From: an uncultured Candidatus Rokubacteria bacterium | GTDB lineage: Bacteria > Methylomirabilota > Methylomirabilia > Rokubacteriales > DASRDR01 | NCBI GenBank assembly: GCA_963826115.1 | Contig: CAWGVS010000005.1 | Coordinates: 416,001 to 480,000, forward strand | DNA: 64,000 nucleotides | Direction: 5' to 3' | Shown: in pieces, positions 19,701-29,014 of the stretch | Numbering within the stretch: the stretch's first letter is position 1 | How the letters are laid out: each line of letters opens with the position of its first letter | Translations under genes and position numbers: made by a program | The notes under the pieces: model-generated | Databases searched by the model: none | What the model saw: only the letters and a program-made list of their open reading frames with translations | Told to the model about the DNA's origin: nothing

Positions 19701-20750
19701 ATGGTTCCCGGACGGAGACGAGTCTTGCACCCGGGCACGCGACGGCGAGCGACGTGGCTTCTGGCGCTCGTCCTTCTCTACGCCGCGGCTCTCGCCGGCA
19801 TCGAGCTGAGCCGCTGGCTCGGACCCGAGCGCCGGTGGCTCACGTGCCTGAACCTCTATCTTCCGCAATCCATGTGGGCGGCGCCCGGCCTCCTGCTCCT
19901 GGTCCTGACCCTCGCGCTCGATCGCCGGTTCGCGCTCGCGCCCGTCCTGTGCCTCGCCTGGGTCCTCGGCCCCATCATGGGACTCTCGGTCGCCGCGAAC
20001 CGGCCGACCGCTCCGCCGGACCGGACGTTCCGGGTGATGACGTACAACGTGAAGTACGGGCGGTCGGACGTGGGGAGCATCGCGGCGGAGATCGTGTCCA
20101 CCGATCCCGATCTCCTCTTCCTCCAGGACGTCTACGGGCGGACGACGGACTATCCGCCGCTCGCCGCATTCCTCCGGACGCGCCACGTCGAGCGGGAGGG
20201 CTTCTACCTCGTGGCGAGCCGATTCCCTCTCGCGCCCGTCGAGTACCATGCCATGGGCCCGGACTGGTACATCCGTACCCAGGTGACCATCGGGAGCCTC
20301 CCGATCGCGGTGTACAACGTGCACCTCATGACGCCGCGCGACGGCCTCGCGGCGATGCGCGAGGGGGTACGCGAGGGGATCGGTGAACTCCGCGAGGGGA
20401 TCGGCGAGCTCATGGAGGGGGCCCGGGTCCGGCTCGTCCAGGTGGCGCAGCTCAACGCCGACCTCGACCGGGAGCGCGGGGCGGTGCTGCTCGCCGGCGA
20501 CCTCAACGCGCCCCCGGAATCCCTCGTGTTGCGGCGCCTCCGGTCAGGTCGCCTGCGTGACGCGTTTGGCGAGGCCGGCCGCGGATACGGGTTCACGTAC
20601 GGGCATACGCTCCGGCCGCGCGTGTCGTACCTCCGCATCGACTACGTCCTTTTCAGCCGGGAGATGGTCGCGCTCCGTGCCTGGATCGGCGGCGCATCCG
20701 GCTCGGCTCACCGGCCCGTCGTGACCGAGCTCGCGCTCGCCGGGCCGTGA
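19701..20750 (+). CDS. membrane-anchored endonuclease/exonuclease/phosphatase family protein
   Basis: Three N-terminal TM helices; MTYNV, LQD, AGDLN, RIDY and SAHRPV. Confidence 0.85.
   Translation: MVPGRRRVLHPGTRRRATWLLALVLLYAAALAGIELSRWLGPERRWLTCLNLYLPQSMWAAPGLLLLVLTLALDRRFALAPVLCLAWVLGPIMGLSVAANRPTAPPDRTFRVMTYNVKYGRSDVGSIAAEIVSTDPDLLFLQDVYGRTTDYPPLAAFLRTRHVEREGFYLVASRFPLAPVEYHAMGPDWYIRTQVTIGSLPIAVYNVHLMTPRDGLAAMREGVREGIGELREGIGELMEGARVRLVQVAQLNADLDRERGAVLLAGDLNAPPESLVLRRLRSGRLRDAFGEAGRGYGFTYGHTLRPRVSYLRIDYVLFSREMVALRAWIGGASGSAHRPVVTELALAGP
20370..20411 (+). repeat. 21-nt in-frame tandem duplication (REGIGEL x2)
   Basis: CGCGAGGGGATCGGTGAACTC followed by CGCGAGGGGATCGGCGAGCTC. Confidence 0.7.
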
Positions 20751-20795
20751 CGGCGGAGCGCGCGCGGCGGGTGCTATAGTGCCTCGGGGCCGACC

Positions 20796-21245
20796 ATGAC
20801 GATCGTGCAGCGGATCGACAAGGACCTGATCGACGCGCTGAAGGCGCGCGAGTCGGAGCGCCTGGGCGCCCTCCGGATGGCCAAGACGGCGCTGAAGCTC
20901 CGCGAGACCGAGGTGCCCGGTGCGCTGGGGGACGACGACGCGCTCCGCGTCCTCAACACCCTCATCAAGCAGCGCCGGGACGCCGCCGAGCAGTTCCGGG
21001 CCGCCGGCCGCGAGGACCTCGCCCAGAAGGAAGAGCGCGAGGCCAAGGTGATCCAGGAGTACCTGCCAGGCGCCGCCACGGCGGAGGACCTTGCGCGCGC
21101 CGTCGAGGACGCCGTCGCCGAGACGGGCGCCACCTCGCCGAAGGACATGGGCGCCGTCATGAAGGTCGCGCGCGTCCGCCTCCAGGGGATGACCGTCGAC
21201 GGCAAGGCCCTGTCCGATCTCGTGAAGTCGCGCCTCGCCCCGTAG
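20796..21245 (+). CDS. yqeY: GatB/YqeY domain protein
   Basis: IKQRRDAAEQF..AGREDLA, YLP and KDMGAVMK motifs. Confidence 0.92.
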   Translation: MTIVQRIDKDLIDALKARESERLGALRMAKTALKLRETEVPGALGDDDALRVLNTLIKQRRDAAEQFRAAGREDLAQKEEREAKVIQEYLPGAATAEDLARAVEDAVAETGATSPKDMGAVMKVARVRLQGMTVDGKALSDLVKSRLAP

Positions 21246-21431
21246 CCCTGCCTTCTCCCCGAGAGCTCTCGTTCACGCCGCCGCGATTCGGCGAACCCTT
21301 GCGTGACGTCCCGGCATCGTGACGCTTGTCTCCTCGACCGCCTCGCGATGGCGCGTGCCCTGGCCTTCAGCGACAACATCCTCTTCCGACTCCTAGAGTC
21401 CCGCGCTGAGCCGCGCCGCGGCGCGCCGTTC

Positions 21432-21460
21432 TTGACGGGTCCTGCCGGCCCTGCTAGCGT
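21432..21460 (+). promoter_or_regulatory. sigma70 promoter of the cobamide operon
   Basis: TTGACG-17nt-TAGCGT with extended TG, directly upstream of the riboswitch. Confidence 0.7.
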
Positions 21461-21473
21461 TGACGCGCTTACG

Positions 21474-21643
21474 GGGTTCCAGGTGCGCCCCCGCGTGGGG
21501 CCAAGAGGGAAGGCGGTGCGAGACCGCCACGACCCCGTCACTGTGATCGGGGACGAAACCCGCAGACACAGCCCACTGGCGTCGCGCCGGGAAGGGTGCG
21601 GGGAGTAGGACGATCCGAGAGTCAGGAGACCTGCCTGGAACCC
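21474..21643 (+). ncRNA. cobalamin riboswitch 1
   Basis: P1 GGGTTCCAGG/CCTGGAACCC; AAGAGGGAA.GCGGTG; CCCCGTCACTGT; CCACTG..GGGAAGG; AGTCAGGAGACCTGCC B12 box. Confidence 0.95.
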
Positions 21644-21679
21644 GCGCACTCCTAACCGGTCTTCGAGGGGAGGCCCGGG

Positions 21680-21727
21680 TTGTACGCGATCTCGCCCAAC
21701 CGGAGACCTCGCCCTAGCGCACCGTGA
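21680..21727 (+). CDS. putative 15-aa uORF/leader (MYAISPNRRPRPSAP) coupled to cobU
   Basis: GGAGG at 21669-21673, 6 nt before TTG; its TGA overlaps the cobU GTG (GTGA). Confidence 0.45.
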   Translation: MYAISPNRRPRPSAP

Positions 21728-22290
21728 GCGCGCGGACCCTCCTGATCCTGGGGGGCGTGCGCGCCGGCAAGAGCGCGTTCGCCGTGTCGCGCGCGCGCGA
21801 GCTGGGCGGCCGGGTCGTCTTCGTCGCGACCGCCGAGGCCGGCGACGCCGAGATGGCGGACCGGATCGCTCGGCATCGGGTCGAGCGCCCCGCCGACTGG
21901 CGCACGGAAGAGGCGCCCCTCGACCTTCCCGCGGCCCTGGCGAGCCTGTCCGGGCATGCCGACGTCGTGATCGTGGACTGTCTCAACCTGTGGGTCGCAA
22001 ACCTGCTCCACAAGAGGCCCGAGCTGTCGGACGTCGAGCTCGAGCACGAGGCCGCCGAGCTCGCGGCGGCCTCGACGCGCCCGCTCTTCTCGCTGATCTT
22101 GGTCTCGAACGAGGTCGGCTGGGGCGTCCACCCCGAGACGGCACTGGGCCGCCGCTTCCGCGACGCGCTCGGTCGCGTCAACCAGGCGGCAGCTCGGGCG
22201 GCCGACGACGTGATCCTGATGGTCGCGGGCTGCCCGCTCGTCGTGAAGCCGTCCGCCGCGCACGCCCCGACGCCACGGCGCCTCGCATGA
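21724..22290 (+). CDS. cobU: adenosylcobinamide kinase / cobinamide-phosphate guanylyltransferase
   Basis: GGVRAGKS, EM..RI.RH..RP..W, VDCL, VSNEVGWG and FRD.LG.VNQ. Confidence 0.95.
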   Translation: MSARTLLILGGVRAGKSAFAVSRARELGGRVVFVATAEAGDAEMADRIARHRVERPADWRTEEAPLDLPAALASLSGHADVVIVDCLNLWVANLLHKRPELSDVELEHEAAELAAASTRPLFSLILVSNEVGWGVHPETALGRRFRDALGRVNQAAARAADDVILMVAGCPLVVKPSAAHAPTPRRLA

Positions 22291-23336
22291 GCGCCTTCGA
22301 CCGGCTGCTCGCCAGCGTCGCCACGCCTGACGAGCGGCTGGCCGCGGTGGCTCGCGAGCGCCTCGATCACCTCACCAAGCCGAGGGGGAGCCTCGGGCGG
22401 CTGGAGGAGCTGGTCGTCCGGGCGGTCGTGATCACCGGCGAGCCCCTGCCGCGGATCGAGTCGCCCGTGATCTTCACGCTCGCCGCCGACCATGGCGTCG
22501 CGGCGGAGGGCGTGAGCGCGTACCCCCAGGCCGTCACGGCGCAGATGGTCGAGAACTTCGCGCGCGGGGGCGCGGCGGTGAACGCGCTCGCCCGGCACGT
22601 CGGCGCCCGGGTGGTCGTGGCGGACTTCGGCGTCTCCGCGCCCGTGACGGCGCGCGCGGACGTCGTCGACTGCCGCGTGGGCCCCGGCACGCGGAGCATC
22701 ACCCGCGGCCCCGCAATGACGCGCGAGGAGGCGGTCCGGGCGATCGAGGCGGGCGCGGCGCTCGTGGACGGCGCGGCACCGGACTGCATCGGCACCGGGG
22801 ACATGGGCATCGGCAACACGACCGCGGCCAGCGCCCTCACCGCGGCGCTCACCGGCGCGGACCCGGCGATGGTCACCGGCCGCGGCACCGGCGTGACCGA
22901 CGACGCGTGGGTCCGGAAGGTCGAAGCGGTGCGCCGCGCGCTCGAGGTCAACCGGCCGGACGCTCGCGACCCTCTCGGGGTCCTCGCCGCGGTGGGTGGC
23001 TTCGAGATCGCGGGCCTCGCCGGCGTGGCCCTGGCCGGGGCGGCTCGCCGCGTCCCCGTCGTGCTCGACGGCTTCATCGCCACCGCGGCGGCCCTGGTCG
23101 CCGCCCGGCTCGCGCCCGCGGCGCGCCACTACATGATCGCGGCGCACCGGAGCGCCGAGCCCGGCCACGTGCGGCTCCTCGAGGCCCTCGGCTTCGCGCC
23201 GTACCTCGAGCTCGGCATGCGGCTCGGCGAGGGGACGGGCGCCGCGCTCGGCATCGGCCTCCTGCGCGCCGCCCTCGCGTGCTACCGGGAGATGGCCACC
23301 TTCAAGGAGGCCGGAGTCTCGGAGCGCATGCGGTGA
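22287..23336 (+). CDS. cobT: nicotinate-nucleotide--dimethylbenzimidazole phosphoribosyltransferase
   Basis: LTKPRGSLGRLE, ADHGV, GDMGIGNTT and MRLGEGTGA. Confidence 0.95.
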   Translation: MSAFDRLLASVATPDERLAAVARERLDHLTKPRGSLGRLEELVVRAVVITGEPLPRIESPVIFTLAADHGVAAEGVSAYPQAVTAQMVENFARGGAAVNALARHVGARVVVADFGVSAPVTARADVVDCRVGPGTRSITRGPAMTREEAVRAIEAGAALVDGAAPDCIGTGDMGIGNTTAASALTAALTGADPAMVTGRGTGVTDDAWVRKVEAVRRALEVNRPDARDPLGVLAAVGGFEIAGLAGVALAGAARRVPVVLDGFIATAAALVAARLAPAARHYMIAAHRSAEPGHVRLLEALGFAPYLELGMRLGEGTGAALGIGLLRAALACYREMATFKEAGVSERMR

Positions 23337-24250
23337 GACGGACCGCGTCGATCTCTCGCGGCGCGCGCGTGACGCTCGCGCTCCTCGTGGCGCTCGTCGG
23401 CGGGCTCATGCCGGGCTCCCGGGCCGCCGCGGCCGGCGAGGTCACGGACATGCTGGGCCGGCGGGTCCGCATCCCGGAGCGCGCGACGCGGATCATCTCG
23501 CTGGCGCCCAGCATCACGGAGACGGTCTTCGCGCTCGGTGACGGGGACCGGCTCGTCGGCGTCACGGACTACTGCGACTACCCGCCGGAGGCCACGAAGA
23601 AGCCGCGCGTCGGCGGGATCTCGACGCCGAGCTTCGAGGCGATCCTCTCCCTCCGCCCGGACCTGGTGATCGCCACGTCCGAGAGCAACTACGCGGAGCA
23701 CGTCGAGCGGCTGACGTCGCTCGGGCTCCCGGTCTACGTCGTGCGCCCCGTCGACTTCGAGACCGTGCTGGAGTCCATCGAGCGGACCGGGACGGTCCTC
23801 GGACGGGACGCGGCGGCCCACGCCGCGGTGGCGGCCATGCGGCGGGACGCGGCCGCCATCGCCCAGGCCGTGGCCGGCGTGCCGCGCCCGCGCGTGCTCT
23901 ACGTCGTGTGGCCGAACCCGCTGATCGCGCCGGGTCGCGGCACGCTGATCGACGAGCTCATCGAGCGCGCCGGCGGCGAGAGCGTCACGAGCCGGGAGCC
24001 GCTCCCGTACCCGCGCCTGTCGCTCGAGACGGTCGTCGAGCGCCGCCCGGACAAGATCATCGTCGGGCGCCACGGGCAGGGCACGGTCGAGGAGCTGCTC
24101 CGCGGCTGGGAGCGGCTCGGCTCCGTGAGCGCGGTCCGCGAGGGGCGCGTCTACGGCGTCGACGGCGACCTCGTCCACCGCCCCGGCCCCCGGATGGTCG
24201 AGGCGCTCCGCGCGCTCGCGCGCGTGATCCACCCGGAGCGCGTGCCGTGA
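23333..24250 (+). CDS. btuF: cobalamin ABC transporter substrate-binding protein
   Basis: Signal peptide; RIISLAPSITE, VGVTDYCDYP and RPGPR. Confidence 0.9.
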   Translation: MRRTASISRGARVTLALLVALVGGLMPGSRAAAAGEVTDMLGRRVRIPERATRIISLAPSITETVFALGDGDRLVGVTDYCDYPPEATKKPRVGGISTPSFEAILSLRPDLVIATSESNYAEHVERLTSLGLPVYVVRPVDFETVLESIERTGTVLGRDAAAHAAVAAMRRDAAAIAQAVAGVPRPRVLYVVWPNPLIAPGRGTLIDELIERAGGESVTSREPLPYPRLSLETVVERRPDKIIVGRHGQGTVEELLRGWERLGSVSAVREGRVYGVDGDLVHRPGPRMVEALRALARVIHPERVP

Positions 24251-25263
24251 TCTCCCGGCGCCGTGTCGCGGCCACCTCGCTGGCGGTGGCCGGCGGCCTC
24301 GTCGTGGCTGGCCTCGTCGGGCTCGCCGTCGGTCCGGCATCGATCTCGCCCCCCGACGTCGCCGCCGCGCTGGTGGGACGCGCGCGCTCCGACCTCGCCG
24401 CCACCGTGGTCCTCGAGCTCCGGCTCCCGCGGGTACTGCTCGCCGCGCTCGCAGGCGGCGGGCTGGCCGTGGCCGGGACCGCGTTCCAGGCGCTGACGCG
24501 GAACCCCCTTGCCGACCCGGCGGTGCTGGGCGTGGCCGGCGGCGCCGCGCTCGGCGCCGTGCTCGGCCACCTCGGAGGGCTCGAGGGGTCCCTTGCGGCG
24601 ACGGTGGGCCTCTCGGCGGTGGCCTTCGCGGGGGCGCTGATCGCCGCGTCGGTGGTGTACCTGATCGCCGCGTCGGGCGGATCGCTTCCCGTGCAGACGC
24701 TGCTCCTGGCGGGCGTGATCACGGGGCTCTTCTTCTCGTCGGTCATCACGCTGGTCGTCTCGCTCGTGGACTTTGCCCAGCTCGGCGGGATCCTCCACTG
24801 GCTCATGGGGAGCCTCGGGGTCGTGGGCTATCGGGCTGTCGCCGTGATCGCCGTGGGCACCGCGGTCGGGACGGCTTTGATCTACGCGCAGGCCCGCGCC
24901 CTGAACCTCCTCGCCCTCGGCGAGGAGTCCGCGCTCCAGCTCGGCGTGGAGGCGGAGCGAGTGAAGCGCATCATCTTCGTCGCGGCGTCGCTGCTCACCG
25001 GGGTGATCGTCGCCCAGACCGGGCCGATCGGCTTCGTGGGCCTGATCGTCCCGCACGGCGCGCGCCTGGCGGTGGGGTCGGACAACCGGCTCCTCGTGCC
25101 GGTGGCGGCCGGCGCGGGCGCGACGTTCCTCGTGCTGGCGGACGCGGTGGCCCGCGTCGTCGTGACGCCGGCCGAGCTGCCGGTCGGCGTGGTGACGGCC
25201 TTCTGCGGCGCGCCGTTCTTCGTCTACCTCCTGCGGACCCGGCTCCGCCGGCGGCTCGGATGA
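24247..25263 (+). CDS. btuC: cobalamin ABC transporter permease (FecCD family)
   Basis: LRLPR, RNPLADP, GPIGFVGLIVPH and ELPVGVVTA.GAPFF. Confidence 0.92.
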   Translation: MISRRRVAATSLAVAGGLVVAGLVGLAVGPASISPPDVAAALVGRARSDLAATVVLELRLPRVLLAALAGGGLAVAGTAFQALTRNPLADPAVLGVAGGAALGAVLGHLGGLEGSLAATVGLSAVAFAGALIAASVVYLIAASGGSLPVQTLLLAGVITGLFFSSVITLVVSLVDFAQLGGILHWLMGSLGVVGYRAVAVIAVGTAVGTALIYAQARALNLLALGEESALQLGVEAERVKRIIFVAASLLTGVIVAQTGPIGFVGLIVPHGARLAVGSDNRLLVPVAAGAGATFLVLADAVARVVVTPAELPVGVVTAFCGAPFFVYLLRTRLRRRLG

Positions 25264-26060
25264 GCGCCGTCGTCTCGGCGTCGGCCGTGTTCGAGGCCAC
25301 GGACCTCGAGTTCGGCTACGGCGGCGCGTTCCGGCTCGAGCGCGCGTCGTTCGAGGTGCGAGAGGGCGAGATCCTCGGGCTCGTCGGGCCGAACAGCTCC
25401 GGGAAGACCACGCTGCTCCGGCTCCTCTCGAAGATCCACGCTCCGGACGGCGGCGCCCTCCGGTATCGCGGCCGGCCGCTCGACGCGGTGGGCCGGCTCG
25501 CTCTCGCCCGGGAGATCGCCGTCGTGCCGCAGGAGGAGCACCTCGCGTTCCCCGTGAGCGTGGAGGAGCTCGTCCTGATGGGCCGGTTTCCCCGAGGGAC
25601 CGGCCGTCTCTTCGAGGGCGCCGAGGACCTCCTGCGCGCGCGCGAGGCGATGGCGCTGGCCGGTGTCCTGGAACTCGCGGATCAGTCCGTCGACGCGCTC
25701 GCGGGCGGTGAGCGCCAGCGGGCGCTCCTCGCCCGGGCTCTCGCCCAGGAGCCGCGGGCGCTCCTCCTCGACGAGCCGACGAGCCACCTGGACCTCCGGC
25801 ACCAGCGGCATCTCATCGGGCTCCTCCGACGGCTCAACCGCGAGCGGGGCATGACCGTCGTGTTCGTGACCCACGACCTGAACCTGGCGGGGGAGCTGGC
25901 CGACCGGCTCCTCCTCCTGTCGGGCGGCCGGGTGATCCGGCTCGGGACGCCGGCGGAGGTGCTGGAGGAGACGGTGCTCGAGCGCGCCTACGGCTGTCCC
26001 GTGTGGGTCGAGCGGCTCGGTCCTCGAGGCCGCCCGGTCGTGCTCGGAGCCAGGCTGTGA
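25260..26060 (+). CDS. btuD: cobalamin ABC transporter ATP-binding protein
   Basis: GPNSSGKT, LAGGERQR, LLDEPT and HDLNLA. Confidence 0.92.
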   Translation: MSAVVSASAVFEATDLEFGYGGAFRLERASFEVREGEILGLVGPNSSGKTTLLRLLSKIHAPDGGALRYRGRPLDAVGRLALAREIAVVPQEEHLAFPVSVEELVLMGRFPRGTGRLFEGAEDLLRAREAMALAGVLELADQSVDALAGGERQRALLARALAQEPRALLLDEPTSHLDLRHQRHLIGLLRRLNRERGMTVVFVTHDLNLAGELADRLLLLSGGRVIRLGTPAEVLEETVLERAYGCPVWVERLGPRGRPVVLGARL

Positions 26061-26141
26061 TTCCGGATACTTGGGGATCGGTGGCTGTGGCACGGATCGA
26101 ACCGATCCCGGGAGGGGGTGAGCGCCCGAGCCGGTAGAGGC

Positions 26142-26332
26142 GCGCCCCGATGTCGGGAAGCCGGTGAGGCGTCCTCCGGGCGTCGAGTCCGGCACTGTCC
26201 CGCAACTGTAAGTGGGGAGCGTCCCCGCTCCCGCCGCCGTCGCGCGGCGGGCGACGTCACTGGAGTGAAGGCTCACTCCGGGAAGGCGCGGTGGACGCGA
26301 CGAGCCACGAGTCAGGAGACCGATCGGGGCGC
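26142..26332 (+). ncRNA. cobalamin riboswitch 2 (variant)
   Basis: P1 GCGCCCCGAT/ATCGGGGCGC; GGGAAGCCGGTG; TCCGGCACTGTCCCGCAACTGT; CACTG..GGGAAGGC; AGTCAGGAGACC; upstream of btuB. Confidence 0.9.
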
Positions 26333-26370
26333 ATCAGGACGACACCCCTTCGTGGATGGAGGAGTGCGCG

Positions 26371-28287
26371 ATGACGCGTCGACACACGTGGTGCACGCTC
26401 GCGATGCTGCTGTTCCTCGGGACCGGCTCCGTCGGAGCCCAGGAAGTCAAACCGACCAGCCCCGCCACCGGGCCGGCCACCGAGGTGCGCCGGGCCGACC
26501 CCGTGGTCGTCACCGCGACCCGCAGCGAGCAGCCGCTCGAGCAGACGGGCGCGTCGGTGACCGTCGTGCCCGAAGAGGCGATGCGGGTCCAGGAGTACCG
26601 GGCCGTCGACGAGGTGCTGCGGACGATCCCCGGCGTCCAGATCGACACCTCGGGCAGCCCCGGCAAGCTCACGACGGTGCGGATCCGCGGCGCCAACCCG
26701 ACGCAGGTCCAGGTGCTGATCGACGGCGTGCGGGTCAAGAGCCTCACCTCCGGCGACTTCGATTTCGCCGACCTCACGCTCGACGCCATCGAGCGGATCG
26801 AGGTGCTGCGCGGCCCGCAGTCGACGCTCTACGGCGCCGACGCGATCGGCGGCGTGGTCAACATCATCACGAAGCGCGGGCAGGGACCGCCGTCCGGGTT
26901 CCTGGATCTCGAGGGCGGCAACTACGAGACCTTCCGGGTGCGCGGGGGCGCGTCGGGGAGCACCGGGCCCTGGAGCTACTCGCTGGGCGGGAGCCAGCTC
27001 TACTTCGGGGGGCAGTTCGACAACGACGAGCACGACCTCACCAGCGTGAACGCGCGGGTCGCGTACGCGCTGCCGAACAAGGGGGAGGTCTCGCTCACCG
27101 GCCGGTACCAGGACGGACACACCGGGATTCCCTTCGCCACCGTGCACCCGGACTTCGACCCGAATCGCGACCAGGACCAGCAGCTCTGGCTCCTCTCCGC
27201 CGAGTGGCGCCAGCCGTGGACGTCGATCTGGGAGCACAAGCTCCGCCTGTCGGCCGTCGACGAGACGCTCAACTTCAAGGACGACCCCGACCCCGCGCAC
27301 CCGTTCGGCTTCACGTCGGACATCTCGAGCCGGCGGTTCGAGGCCGAGTGGTACCACTTCATCACGCTGCCGTGGAACACGGTGACGGTCGGCGCCGAGT
27401 ACCGGAACGAGGTGGGCGAGGTCAAGGGTAGCTACCGGCAGACCATGGACTCCTGGGCGCTCGTGCTCCAGGACCAGCTCACGCTCTTCGACCGGCTGTT
27501 CCTGACGGGCGGGATCCGCTACGACGGGAACAGCGTCTTCGAGGACAAGGCCACGGCGCGCGTGGCGGCGTCCTACCTTCTGAAGGCCACCGACACGCGG
27601 CTCAAGGCGAGCTGGGGCCAGGGCTTCCGCGCGCCCACGTTCAACGAGCTCTTCTTTCCGGCGTTCGCGCCCTGTCCCGCGTTCGGCAATCCGAACCTCA
27701 AGCCCGAGGAGAGCACCGCCTGGGACGCCGGGGTCGATCAACACCTGTGGGAGCGGCGGATCCGGCTCGCCGCGACGTACTTCCGCAACGACTACACGAA
27801 CCTGATCCAGTCGACCCTCACCGACCCCGTGAACTTCTGCTTCCAGGCCCAGAACGTCGGCAAGGCGCGCTCCGAGGGCGTCGAGGCCGAGGCGAGCATC
27901 ACGCCGATCGACGGGCTCGTGCTGGCGCTCGTCTACACCCACACCGACTCCGAGGACCGGACGACGGGCGACCCGCTCCGGCGCATCGCGCCGGACGTGG
28001 TCGCGGTCACGGCCACGTGGGAGCCCTTGCCGGGCCTCACGCTCTCGGGCGAGGTGCAGTTCAAGTCGAGCCAGTTCGAGGCGCCGGGCCAGCCGAAGAA
28101 CCCCGCATACACCGTCGTGAACGCGGCGGCGGCCTACCGCTTGCCCATCAAGCGGTGGGGGTTCCTGTCGAACATCACGCTCCACGTGCGCGCGACGAAC
28201 GTCTTCAACGAGGACTACTCCGAGGTGGCGGGCTTCCCCGCGCTCGGAACGCAGGTCGTGGGCGGCATCCGCGCCGCCTTCGACTGA
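26371..28287 (+). CDS. btuB: TonB-dependent cobalamin receptor
   Basis: Signal peptide; VVVTATR, VLIDGV, IERIEVLRGPQSTLYGADAIGGVVNIITK, FRAPTFNEL and NPNLKPE; riboswitch context. Confidence 0.92.
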   Translation: MTRRHTWCTLAMLLFLGTGSVGAQEVKPTSPATGPATEVRRADPVVVTATRSEQPLEQTGASVTVVPEEAMRVQEYRAVDEVLRTIPGVQIDTSGSPGKLTTVRIRGANPTQVQVLIDGVRVKSLTSGDFDFADLTLDAIERIEVLRGPQSTLYGADAIGGVVNIITKRGQGPPSGFLDLEGGNYETFRVRGGASGSTGPWSYSLGGSQLYFGGQFDNDEHDLTSVNARVAYALPNKGEVSLTGRYQDGHTGIPFATVHPDFDPNRDQDQQLWLLSAEWRQPWTSIWEHKLRLSAVDETLNFKDDPDPAHPFGFTSDISSRRFEAEWYHFITLPWNTVTVGAEYRNEVGEVKGSYRQTMDSWALVLQDQLTLFDRLFLTGGIRYDGNSVFEDKATARVAASYLLKATDTRLKASWGQGFRAPTFNELFFPAFAPCPAFGNPNLKPEESTAWDAGVDQHLWERRIRLAATYFRNDYTNLIQSTLTDPVNFCFQAQNVGKARSEGVEAEASITPIDGLVLALVYTHTDSEDRTTGDPLRRIAPDVVAVTATWEPLPGLTLSGEVQFKSSQFEAPGQPKNPAYTVVNAAAAYRLPIKRWGFLSNITLHVRATNVFNEDYSEVAGFPALGTQVVGGIRAAFD

Positions 28288-28293
28288 GCTCTG

Positions 28294-28377
28294 GGGGTCA
28301 GGCTTTGCCATTCGGTCATTGCCCGGTTGGTCGACGTCGGCGTGGCCGGCGTCGTCCCGGGGGCAAAGTCTGACCCC
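28294..28377. repeat. REP-like/MITE-like palindromic element (16-bp arms)
   Basis: GGGGTCAGGCTTTGCC (28294-28309) / GGCAAAGTCTGACCCC (28362-28377), one mismatch (G-U wobble). Confidence 0.7.
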
Positions 28378-29014
28378 GATCGCGGGCGTCGAGATCGAGG
28401 CGCGCCCCGACGCGGTCTGGGTGCGGAGCGCGGCCCCGCTCCGCGTCCTCGCCTCGGCCGTGTCGGGGGGCGACCTCGAGACGACCCGCCACGTGGTGAA
28501 CATGCGCGTCGGGGGCGGCTACCACTCCGCCGACCCCGGACGGGACCTCGCCCAGTTCGCGCGGCGACTCGGGATCGCGGAGCCCTTCGTGGGGCTCATG
28601 ACGGCCGCGGCCACCGAGGCGGCGCGGATCGTGTGGGACGAGGCCGACGGGATCCGTGTCGGGGTCGTCGCGACGGTCGGCCTGCGAGTCCCGATGGCGG
28701 CCGGCGTCACGCCGCCGGTCGCGTGGCAGCCGTCCACGATCAACGTCATCGCGCTCCTCGACGCGAGCCTCGACCGTGCCGCCGCGGTGAACGGCGTGAT
28801 CACGGTCACCGAGGCGAAGGTCGGCGCGCTGGTCGAGGCCGGCCTCCTGGCGGAAGACGGCGTCCAGGCGACCGGGACGGTGACCGACGCCGTCGCGGTC
28901 GCCTGGACCGGCCGCGGCCCTCGCGTCGCGTATCTCGGGCCGGGGACCGCGGTTGGCTTCAGTCTCGCGCGCGCCGTGCGCCGCGCCGTCCTCGAGGGCG
29001 CGCGGTGGCGATGA
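28319..29014 (+). CDS. cbiZ: adenosylcobinamide amidohydrolase (start uncertain)
   Basis: LASAVSGG, VGLMTAA, TINVI, TEAK and ATGTVTDAV motifs. Confidence 0.85.
   Translation: MPGWSTSAWPASSRGQSLTPIAGVEIEARPDAVWVRSAAPLRVLASAVSGGDLETTRHVVNMRVGGGYHSADPGRDLAQFARRLGIAEPFVGLMTAAATEAARIVWDEADGIRVGVVATVGLRVPMAAGVTPPVAWQPSTINVIALLDASLDRAAAVNGVITVTEAKVGALVEAGLLAEDGVQATGTVTDAVAVAWTGRGPRVAYLGPGTAVGFSLARAVRRAVLEGARWR

Noticed and set aside
21303-21608. 101-aa ORF with a helical-looking start (LLDRLAMARALAFSDNILFRLLE)
   Set aside because: Runs through the operon promoter and riboswitch, has no SD; at most a short remnant
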